Assembly (NCBI GenBank): GCA_934636435.1 | Contig: CAKUAQ010000001.1 | Location: forward strand, 12,732 to 76,731 | DNA: 64,000 nucleotides | DNA from: an uncultured Eubacteriales bacterium | GTDB lineage: Bacteria > Bacillota > Clostridia > Oscillospirales > Acutalibacteraceae | Reading direction: 5' to 3' | Shown here: positions 36,823 to 45,030 of the stretch, piece by piece | How positions within the stretch are numbered: position 1 is the stretch's first letter | Layout: each line of letters opens with the position of its first letter | Notes under the pieces: model-generated | What the model was told of the DNA's origin: nothing | What the model saw: the letters and a program-made list of their open reading frames with translations, nothing else | The model's database searches: none | Translations under genes and position numbers: made by a program

Positions 36823-38067
36823 ATGGAGGCAAGAAGCGATATTCAACATGTGTATCTGGTGGGAGCCAAATCCATGGGCGCTTACGGTGGGTATGAAACA
36901 TTTGTATATAAGCTCACGGAATACCATCAGAACCAGTCAAATATACAGTACCACGTGGCCTGTAAGGAAAACGGCGACGGCTGCATGGACGAGACAAAGT
37001 GCGCGGGCGCAACGAAGCTGAACGACCGGGAGTTTCTGTTGCACAATGCCCACTGCTTTAAGATTCATGTACCGCAGATTGGTCCCGCGCAGGCCATCTA
37101 CTACGACGTGGCGGCGCTGCGGGCTTGCTGCAAGCACATAAGGGAAAATCACATTCCCCATCCGATCGTATATATCATGGCCTGCCGCATCGGACCGTTC
37201 GCCGGGCATTATTATCGAAAGGTCCATAAGCTGGGCGGTACGGTATATCTCAATCCGGATGGCCATGAATGGATGCGGGCGAAATGGTCGGCGCCTATTC
37301 GCAGGTACTGGAAGCTGTCGGAACGGATGATGGTGAAATACTGCGATCTGGCGATTTGCGATTCTGTGAATATCGAGCGGTACATCCATGAAAGCTATGA
37401 TGGGAAGGGAATCCGCGGTCGGGATCCGAAAACGACCTTCATTGCTTACGGAGCGGATCTGATTCCCAGTAAGCTGACGGACGATGATGAAAAGCTCACA
37501 GCCTGGTATCGGGAAAAGGGGCTGACCAAAAAGGGCTACTATCTGGTGGTGGGGCGTTTTGTGCCGGAGAATTCCTTTGAGGTGATGATCCGGGAGTTTA
37601 TGCAGAGCCACAGCCGCCGGGATTTTGCTCTGATCACCAATGTGAACGGCCGCTTTTTGGCGGAGTTGGAGGCTAAACTCCACTTCGAAAGCGACCCACG
37701 CATCAAATTTGTCGGCACCGTGTATGATCAGGAATTGCTGAAAAAAATCCGGGAGAATGCCTATGCCTATTTTCATGGGCACACGGTGGGGGGCACGAAT
37801 CCGTCACTGATTGAGGCGCTGGGCAGCACAGATCTAAACCTGCTGGTAGACGTGGGCTTTAACCGGGAGGTGGCGGAGGATTGCGCCCTGTATTGGACCC
37901 GGTACGAGGGCGACCTGGCGCGGCTGATTGATGAAGTGGATACGATGGACGCAGATGAGATCGCCCGCATGGGCGAAAAGGCCCGGAGGCGGGTGAGAGA
38001 CGCATATAGCTGGGATTATATCACAGAGCGGTATGCGGAGGTGTTCGTGGGGTCTGAAAGGGACTGA
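36823..38067 (+). CDS. DUF1972 + GT1-family glycosyltransferase (RgpA/WchF-like rhamnosyltransferase)
   Basis: VYLVGAKSMGAYGGYETFVYKLTEY (DUF1972-type N-terminus) and C-terminal HGHTVGGTNPSLIEALG (GT1 E-x7-E region). Follows rfbC. Confidence 0.7.
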   Translation: MEARSDIQHVYLVGAKSMGAYGGYETFVYKLTEYHQNQSNIQYHVACKENGDGCMDETKCAGATKLNDREFLLHNAHCFKIHVPQIGPAQAIYYDVAALRACCKHIRENHIPHPIVYIMACRIGPFAGHYYRKVHKLGGTVYLNPDGHEWMRAKWSAPIRRYWKLSERMMVKYCDLAICDSVNIERYIHESYDGKGIRGRDPKTTFIAYGADLIPSKLTDDDEKLTAWYREKGLTKKGYYLVVGRFVPENSFEVMIREFMQSHSRRDFALITNVNGRFLAELEAKLHFESDPRIKFVGTVYDQELLKKIRENAYAYFHGHTVGGTNPSLIEALGSTDLNLLVDVGFNREVAEDCALYWTRYEGDLARLIDEVDTMDADEIARMGEKARRRVRDAYSWDYITERYAEVFVGSERD

Positions 38068-38070
38068 ATA

Positions 38071-39039
38071 ATGGATTTGGTAAGTGTTATTGTTCCCGTA
38101 TACAACGTTGAACAGTATATAAAAGTGTGTGTTGAGAGTTTAATCGCGCAAAGCTATCGAAATTTGGACATTATTTTGGTGGATGATGGTTCTACCGATC
38201 AAAGCGGAGAACTGTGCGACGCACTTGCGAGAGAGGACACGCGAATCCGGGTGTTGCACAAAATCAACGGCGGTTTGTCGGATGCAAGAAATTACGGGAT
38301 GGAGTATGCGGCAGGTCAGTATGTCATGTTCGTGGATTCTGACGATGTGGTAGATAAGGAGATTGTTGCACGACTTCATACGCTGATTACCACATACCCG
38401 GATGTTGCACTCGCGGTGTGTGGTTTGTCGCATTTTTACGATGGAGAGGTGCCGGCTTTTTCCTACGACGACGCGATTGCTGTGATGGAGCGCGACGAAG
38501 CTCTTGCGGATTTTTTATATCAAAAGCGGATTCCTACGTCCGCCTGCGGAAAGCTGTATTTTAAAGAATCTTTGGAAGCGGTCCGCTTTGTGAAAGGGCA
38601 GAGATTTGAGGATAACGAGTTCGTTTTTAAGGTTCTGCTGGAGTCCCGCCGGGTGGTTTACAGCGCCTCCGGATTGTATGCGTATCGTCATAGGCACAAC
38701 AGTATAACAACGGCTACCTTTGACGATAAGGAGTTTGACATTATCCGTATCGGGCAGAAGATTATGGAGGAGACTGCAGTTCTGGATGACCGGATAAAGA
38801 TGGCTGCTCTGGCCTATCAGTGTACCAACTGCTTTCGACTATATGTGACCGCTTCTGCAGAGTTTGTCAACAGCGCGGAATTTGCATATTGTAAAGATTT
38901 TTTGAAAAAAAACGCCGGTGAAGCTTCTAGGGATCCGGGTGTCAGAAAGAAAGTAAAGATAGGATTAATGCTATTCCGTGTGAGGACACCGAGAGCGGTT
39001 TTAGAATATATACGCAGTAAAAAAAGTCGGTGGAGTTAG
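38071..39039 (+). CDS. Family-2 glycosyltransferase
   Basis: VSVIVPVYNVEQYIKVCVESLIAQSYRNLDIILVDDGSTDQSG...FVDSDD. Confidence 0.85.
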   Translation: MDLVSVIVPVYNVEQYIKVCVESLIAQSYRNLDIILVDDGSTDQSGELCDALAREDTRIRVLHKINGGLSDARNYGMEYAAGQYVMFVDSDDVVDKEIVARLHTLITTYPDVALAVCGLSHFYDGEVPAFSYDDAIAVMERDEALADFLYQKRIPTSACGKLYFKESLEAVRFVKGQRFEDNEFVFKVLLESRRVVYSASGLYAYRHRHNSITTATFDDKEFDIIRIGQKIMEETAVLDDRIKMAALAYQCTNCFRLYVTASAEFVNSAEFAYCKDFLKKNAGEASRDPGVRKKVKIGLMLFRVRTPRAVLEYIRSKKSRWS

Positions 39040-39042
39040 ACA

Positions 39043-40206
39043 ATGACAGTAATGAAGCGTAATATACGAGTTAATGAATTTTTATTCGGCATTAGCTTTA
39101 TTATACTATTTGTTGCCCTGTTCTTAGAGGATGTCGCGTTTACCGTCGAGGTTTCCACAATTATCAAGCTATTAAAAATGTCCTCCTGGGCAGTGCTGGC
39201 GGTAAGTACGGTATATCGGACGTGGAGGAAAAGCACCTTCAAAGAATTGATGATTGTCTTTTCTACGGGATGTGTGGTGCTGGTTTGCACAGGTGATTTC
39301 TTCCTGGCCATTGTGGTGTTGCTCAGCTACAATTCTATGACGATAGATGATGGGGAGATATTCAGACTTTCGTTTGTGTGCTGTTTGGTGGGTGTCGGCT
39401 TGACACTACTATTGTTTGCAGTCGGGTTGTTGCCGGATGTTCTGTCTTATCGTACGGACTTTAGCGCCGAGGCAAGGCATGCTTTCGGGTTTCAGCACAG
39501 CGCTGTTTTGCCGCTGGGCATTTGTTATATGCTGTGTTACTATATTGGGATGAATGGCACAGGCGGGAAAATTAAGGGCTGGATAGTGGCAATATTCCTG
39601 CTCCTCGGTGTGGTTACCTACAAATACTGTAAAAGTCGGAATGCTCTTGTGGGAATCTTAGCTCTCTCGCTGTTCTCACTGACCATGCAAAGCACGTTTT
39701 TTCGACAGATAATGAATCGGCCGGTTCAGTTTGTTTCGAAATGGATCACCTTGTTTTGTATGATTCTGGCTATTTTGCCGGCTTTTTTGAGGTCAAAGGG
39801 TGTGCTGTTGCCTTTGTGGAACGTATACGATTCGATTTTTACAAATCGTTCGCTGCTCGGAGCATCTGCGATAGACAGCTATGGTATACACTTGATCAAT
39901 CGCATGACATATTCCGCTTATGCAGGTTTTGAGGTCAATGTGAATTCGTATGTGTACCAGGGGATTGTTCTGGACAGCGCTTATATGTATATGCTGGTTC
40001 GCTATGGGGTCCTCATACTGTTGTTTTTTTACATCGTTCTGACATCCTTTTGCAGGAGAGAAAAAAACAATACCTCTCTGTGTGCCGTCTTTTGTATCAT
40101 TGTATTATTGAACATGACCGATAACGATATGCTCAGCTATGGCTGTTTGCCGTTCCTTTTAATTGGAATTAAGAATATTTGGAATAAACAACTGGATAGA
40201 GGGTGA
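39043..40206 (+). CDS. wzy: Polytopic membrane protein, probable polysaccharide polymerase (Wzy-like)
   Basis: About 10 predicted hydrophobic segments, very AT-rich, located in a Wzx/Wzy-type locus. Function comes from context only. Confidence 0.5.
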   Translation: MTVMKRNIRVNEFLFGISFIILFVALFLEDVAFTVEVSTIIKLLKMSSWAVLAVSTVYRTWRKSTFKELMIVFSTGCVVLVCTGDFFLAIVVLLSYNSMTIDDGEIFRLSFVCCLVGVGLTLLLFAVGLLPDVLSYRTDFSAEARHAFGFQHSAVLPLGICYMLCYYIGMNGTGGKIKGWIVAIFLLLGVVTYKYCKSRNALVGILALSLFSLTMQSTFFRQIMNRPVQFVSKWITLFCMILAILPAFLRSKGVLLPLWNVYDSIFTNRSLLGASAIDSYGIHLINRMTYSAYAGFEVNVNSYVYQGIVLDSAYMYMLVRYGVLILLFFYIVLTSFCRREKNNTSLCAVFCIIVLLNMTDNDMLSYGCLPFLLIGIKNIWNKQLDRG

Positions 40207-40210
40207 TTTG

Positions 40211-41137
40211 ATGGAGTTGATCACTGTTTTGCTTAGTGCCTATAACGAGCCGATTTCCATGATTCAAAAGAGCGTGGAATCGGTTATCAACCAAACCCAC
40301 ACAAATCTTGAAATTATCCTCATAAATGATAATCCATATAACAGAGAACTGGACGAGACGCTGCAAAGATACCGGGATTCCGACACAAGAATTCAATACA
40401 GGAAGCATGATGAAAACAAAGGTTTGGTATATTCCCTCAATGAGGGAATTAAAATTGCCAGTGGTGAATATGTGGCGCGGATGGATGCAGATGATATTTC
40501 TTACCCTGACAGACTGGAAAAACAGTTGGCGTTTATGCAGACCGGCGATTATGATATGGTGGGTACCAGCGTCGTCAAGATCAACGAAAAAGGGGAAGAA
40601 ATAGGAGAACTGAAGGTGCCGGCTGATTTTGAAAGTATTATAAAGTATCAAAAATACGGCAGTTGCGTCTTGCATCCGACCTGGTTGGTGAAGAAGGCAG
40701 TATATGATGCGTTGCATGGATATCGAGCCATTTATGCATGTGAGGATTATGATTTCATCCTCAGAGCGATTGCTCAAGGCTACAAGATTGGCAATTTGTC
40801 CGAGGCAAAGCTGTATTACCGTATCCGGACGAGTGGTATTTCCATGTCGGCCAATGTCAAGCAAAAGTTAACGATGTATTTTTTGGCAGAAGGCGCTGTA
40901 CAGGGTCGAACGGTCCCGCTTGAGGAAATCAACCACTATTTAGAATCTGAGGTCTACAAGAAAGACTTTTCCAACCTGCAACGATATGAGGACACAAAAT
41001 GCGCTATGTTAAAAAGCCGTTCCTGTGTGGTGAAAATCCGATGTCTGTTGCGTATGTTGCGGAATCGCTTTTTTTATAAGAATATTGTGGAGCACAGTAA
41101 AATGCATGAGAGGCAACGGCGCGCCCGATCTACCTGA
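40211..41137 (+). CDS. Family-2 glycosyltransferase
   Basis: ITVLLSAYNEPISMIQKSVESVINQTHTNLEIILINDNP...ARMDADDIS. ATG 40211 follows GAGGGTG. Confidence 0.85.
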   Translation: MELITVLLSAYNEPISMIQKSVESVINQTHTNLEIILINDNPYNRELDETLQRYRDSDTRIQYRKHDENKGLVYSLNEGIKIASGEYVARMDADDISYPDRLEKQLAFMQTGDYDMVGTSVVKINEKGEEIGELKVPADFESIIKYQKYGSCVLHPTWLVKKAVYDALHGYRAIYACEDYDFILRAIAQGYKIGNLSEAKLYYRIRTSGISMSANVKQKLTMYFLAEGAVQGRTVPLEEINHYLESEVYKKDFSNLQRYEDTKCAMLKSRSCVVKIRCLLRMLRNRFFYKNIVEHSKMHERQRRARST

Positions 41138-41197
41138 CCCGGTCTGTGTTGATGGGTCATTTTCCGAGATAACTATAGAGAATTGGAGATTCGAAAG

Positions 41198-42259
41198 ATG
41201 CAACATCAAGTCGTAATTCCGACCGGATACATGGGTTCCGGCTCATCCGCAATCACCGATCTTTTGAGCGAAGTGGATGGATATTCCTGTGCGAACGGAA
41301 ACTTTGAATATGTGTTTATGCACTGTCCGGATGGGGTTTTCGATCTGGAGGATAAGTTACTGCTTGGCAATACCGCTGTTCGAAGCGATGAGGCACTGCA
41401 CTCTTTCTATCAGTGTATGAAGAATTTATATAAAAACCGGCGTTATTGGGTGGCGGATTATGCCCATAAGATCGCACCGGAGTTTTTGGATTGGTGCACG
41501 GAATTTGTAAATTCTCTGATTAGCGAAAAAATTACGGCATCCTACTGGTATTATCAGGAAAATCCGAATTTCAGGATCTATCTGAAGAAAGCAATCGCAA
41601 AGGCGCTGAAAATGGTCAGTTTTCAAAAAATACAGATGAAACCGGGCATTCGATATAACGAGATGTGGATTTCCTATGCCACAAAGGAGGAGTTCTACAG
41701 CGCCGCAAAAATTCTCATAGAAAGATTTTTCACAAAAATGGGAGCGCGGGAGACGGCTGTTATTTTAGATCAATTCCTGTTGCCGCATAACCTGTTCAGA
41801 ATGCAGAGCTATTTTGAGGATAATTGCAAGGCCCTTGTGGTTGAACGGGATCCTCGGGATGTGTTTTTGTTGAACAAATACTACTGGAGTAAGGCCAACT
41901 GTCCCGTTCCTTACTCCTTTAATGTGGCAGAGTTTTGCAAAAATTACAGAAAAATGCGGTTGGCGGAGAAGTCCTGTGACAACAAGAACGTGATGCGCCT
42001 TCACTTTGAAGATTTGATTTATCGATATGATACCGAAGTGTGTGCGGTTTTTGAATTTCTGGGTATCCGAGAGGAAGCGCACACCCGCAAAAAGACAAAG
42101 TTGATTCCGGAAAAATCCCGTATCAACACCCAATTGTTCCGAAAAAAGGAGGAGTATATAGAGGAGGCAAGGTATATAGAGGATCAGTTGAAGGAATATC
42201 TGTATGATTTCCCCTACACAGAAAATGAACAGATCACAGAGAAAAATCTGATATTGTAG
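41198..42259 (+). CDS. Sulfotransferase-fold protein
   Basis: P-loop-like PTGYMGSGSSAITDLL (5'-PSB-like), VVERDPRDVFL (3'-PB-like RDPxD) and LHFEDLIYRYDTEVCAVFEFLGI (the YEDL...FLG tail common in sulfotransferases). Confidence 0.5.
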   Translation: MQHQVVIPTGYMGSGSSAITDLLSEVDGYSCANGNFEYVFMHCPDGVFDLEDKLLLGNTAVRSDEALHSFYQCMKNLYKNRRYWVADYAHKIAPEFLDWCTEFVNSLISEKITASYWYYQENPNFRIYLKKAIAKALKMVSFQKIQMKPGIRYNEMWISYATKEEFYSAAKILIERFFTKMGARETAVILDQFLLPHNLFRMQSYFEDNCKALVVERDPRDVFLLNKYYWSKANCPVPYSFNVAEFCKNYRKMRLAEKSCDNKNVMRLHFEDLIYRYDTEVCAVFEFLGIREEAHTRKKTKLIPEKSRINTQLFRKKEEYIEEARYIEDQLKEYLYDFPYTENEQITEKNLIL

Positions 42260-42379
42260 GGATGCAGCGGGTTATACTTCTTTATGCTGGCATACTAGCG
42301 AAAAGATGCCGTCTGCTATGGCATCGGTCGACACGTGCCGTACCGTTTGAAGATTCTGGGATAAAGGAACGTATTGGAA

Positions 42380-43687
42380 ATGGCCAATTGTATACATTGG
42401 ATAAAGGAAAAAATTTCGAAAAGTAGTCTCATAAAGAACTTTTTGCTGATTTTTTCCGGAGAAGGTATCAGCTCCGTTTTCGGATTTCTGGCGACTATTT
42501 TTATTGTCAATGCTATCGGTTCATACAAGCACGGCATTCTGGTGGCCGTGCAGACTTACACGAATTTATTTTACGGATTATTTTCATTCAAGACATTTCA
42601 GTCGCTGATCAAGTTTTTGGCAAAATCGGAAAAAGAGCAGGACCTCGAAATGTCCAAGCTCTATGTGAAGTGGGCGGTCATCTTGGACGGCGTTTGTCTG
42701 GTAGCCACGTTGCTTTTCGGTGTTGTTTTGAAAAGCTTTGTGATTCGCATTATGGGATGGGATGTAGAAATATCCCGATATTGCGTACTCTATCTGTGCG
42801 TCTATATGCTGTATTTCCAGGGCACATCCATCGGCGTATTGCGGTATTATGAGAGATATTCGTGTGTGGTGATTTCAAATGTCACGAGTGCGGTGATCCG
42901 CTGTGTCGGTTTTCTCGTTTGCTTTATCATGAAATGCGATTTCATTTCTTTCTTCTTGGTAGATTGTTTTGCTAACGTAGTTAAGTTCCTCTTGATGGAC
43001 TTTTATACGATTCAGACACTGATTCGGCAAAAACTGATCCGTTTTTACAAGGTGAAGCTATCCTGGTGTTCGGACTTTCTGAAGTTCAGTTTTTACAGCA
43101 ATTTAACATCTACGATCGATCTGCCGGTGAACCAGGTTACATCGCTGATTATCAATAAGTATTTGGGCTTTGAAGCGACCTCCGTATACAGTGTGTTCGG
43201 AAACATCGGATCGGTGATCAATAAATTGGGCGACCCAATCAGTCAGGTGATTTATCCGGAAATGAACAAAATGATTACGCAGGATAATGTAGAAGGCGCC
43301 AAAAAGCTGTCCGTCAAACTGAAGATGATTATGCTGATGTTGTTTGGTGCGGGTGCCGTTTTCGTGGCTACGACGCACAGCTTCTGGCTCAAGCTGCTGA
43401 TTACCAACCCCGCCCCGTATGTGATTCCGCTGATTTTGTATATCGGGTATTGCTGTTATGCCAATTCGGCCATGGGGACGCATAATTTATTTATGGCGTT
43501 GGGTTATGTAAAATACAACATTCCCATACTGCTGGCAGTTAATATGGTGTATTTGGTGATGTTGTTGTTTGCTGTGCAAGGGTATGGACTGACGGGTGTG
43601 ATCTGCACCTATATTTTCCAAGCGTTTGTAGTGGTGCTTATCAAAGAGATCATTATGCGCAGTCATAAGTATAAGGAGTTGATGTGA
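42380..43687 (+). CDS. wzx: Oligosaccharide flippase (Wzx / MOP superfamily)
   Basis: About 12 TM segments. N-terminus SSLIKNFLLIFSGEGISSVFGFLATIFIVNAIG is typical of polysaccharide-biosynthesis flippases. Confidence 0.7.
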   Translation: MANCIHWIKEKISKSSLIKNFLLIFSGEGISSVFGFLATIFIVNAIGSYKHGILVAVQTYTNLFYGLFSFKTFQSLIKFLAKSEKEQDLEMSKLYVKWAVILDGVCLVATLLFGVVLKSFVIRIMGWDVEISRYCVLYLCVYMLYFQGTSIGVLRYYERYSCVVISNVTSAVIRCVGFLVCFIMKCDFISFFLVDCFANVVKFLLMDFYTIQTLIRQKLIRFYKVKLSWCSDFLKFSFYSNLTSTIDLPVNQVTSLIINKYLGFEATSVYSVFGNIGSVINKLGDPISQVIYPEMNKMITQDNVEGAKKLSVKLKMIMLMLFGAGAVFVATTHSFWLKLLITNPAPYVIPLILYIGYCCYANSAMGTHNLFMALGYVKYNIPILLAVNMVYLVMLLFAVQGYGLTGVICTYIFQAFVVVLIKEIIMRSHKYKELM

Positions 43688-44790
43688 TGCAACACAGGAA
43701 GAGTGTTTTATTTATAATTTGGTCCTTGAGTTATGGCGGCGGTGCGGAAAAAATATTGGCCAATATCGTCAATCACATGGATTATGAAAAATATGACATT
43801 GAAGTTCTGGAATACCTGCATTCCGATAAAATGGAAACAGTCGACCCCCATGTAAAAATCCTCCCTCCGATCGTAGACATCACGAAAAAAAGTCTGTTTC
43901 GCAAAGCGTTGAATGCGTTTATCAACCGATTTTTGATAAAGGTATGGCCTGTTCTTGTCAGAAAAGTGTGTCTTAACCGGGCATACGATGTGGAGATATC
44001 TTTCAATTATTTGATTCCGACCTTTTTGCTGAACCGTTCGAGTAAAAAACGAATATCATGGATCCATAGCTCTGTTTATGATCTTGAGAAAAAAAAGCGC
44101 CAAAAAAAGCTGCAGGCAAAGGCATTCAAAAATGTCGATACAATTGTAGCCATATCGGAGACCACGAGGGAATCGCTGATCACGGAATTCCCGGAGTGTG
44201 CAGAAAAGCTCTTGACCATCTATAACGGGTACGAATTTCAAAAGATGGTCCCCGACGGGGATGTTGTCGATTTTGATCTGCTGTACTGTAACCGATTTGA
44301 TGAAAACAAGAATCCCGTGCGATTTGTTCAGCTGTTTGGGAAACTGCGGGATGCCGGGCTGTCTGTGACGGGAAAAATGCTGGGCACGGGAACACAGTAC
44401 GCGGAAGTGGTGCGATTGATCAAAGAGCTCGGATTGGATGATTGTCTTGAATGCGTCGGGTACAAAAAGAACCCGTATGCTTATTTTTCACACTGCAAGG
44501 TGTTCTGCCTGACTACGCATATAGAAGGATTCCCCACAACGTTAGTTGAGTCAATGTACTTTGGTAAGCCGTTTGTGTCGACACCGGTTGCCGGGACAAA
44601 AGAACTGGCACAGAATGGGAAATGCGGTATCGTGGCAACGGATGATGAAGAGTACATTGACGGATTGGTCCTGCTGATGACTGATGTTCAAGCGTATGAA
44701 AGCATGAGCCGTTCATGCCGGAAAGCGGTGGAGAAGTATTCAATTGAAAGCCAGATAAGCGCCCTTGAATCTTGCTTAGAAACTCCGTAA
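43687..44790 (+). CDS. GT4 (GT1-fold) glycosyltransferase
   Basis: VLFIIWSLSYGGGAEKILANIVN...EGFPTTLVESMYFGKPFVSTPVAGTKE (E-x7-E). Confidence 0.8.
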   Translation: MQHRKSVLFIIWSLSYGGGAEKILANIVNHMDYEKYDIEVLEYLHSDKMETVDPHVKILPPIVDITKKSLFRKALNAFINRFLIKVWPVLVRKVCLNRAYDVEISFNYLIPTFLLNRSSKKRISWIHSSVYDLEKKKRQKKLQAKAFKNVDTIVAISETTRESLITEFPECAEKLLTIYNGYEFQKMVPDGDVVDFDLLYCNRFDENKNPVRFVQLFGKLRDAGLSVTGKMLGTGTQYAEVVRLIKELGLDDCLECVGYKKNPYAYFSHCKVFCLTTHIEGFPTTLVESMYFGKPFVSTPVAGTKELAQNGKCGIVATDDEEYIDGLVLLMTDVQAYESMSRSCRKAVEKYSIESQISALESCLETP

Positions 44791-44973
44791 TAGGACGGAT
44801 GTTTCGATGCGGTTTTTGACGGTTGTGAAAGCTTTTCTCCGGATGAGAAAAAGGGTACGAAATCGGTTTTTGCCGCATGACCGGAATTCGCACTTTAACG
44901 ACAAAAATATACCGCCATGCCGGCGTTCCATTGTCTCCTTGCACAATTGTTGGTATGAGGATTGACAAAGCTA

Positions 44974-45002
44974 TTGACGGCAGGCGACTTTTGTGGTACA
45001 CT
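44974..45002 (+). promoter_or_regulatory. Candidate promoter of the choline module
   Basis: TTGACG, 17 nt, TACACT. Overlapped by the palindrome TTGTGGTACACTGTTCACAA (44991-45010). Confidence 0.45.
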
Positions 45003-45030
45003 GTTCACAAAAACTGGCAGGAGGAAAATC

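Noticed and set aside
41198-42259. Assigning this gene as the missing LicD phosphocholine transferase
   Set aside because: It lacks the LicD-type N-terminal nucleotidyltransferase-fold motifs (GTLLGAxRHxGFIPWDDDxD as I recall them) and instead shows sulfotransferase-like PSB/PB segments.
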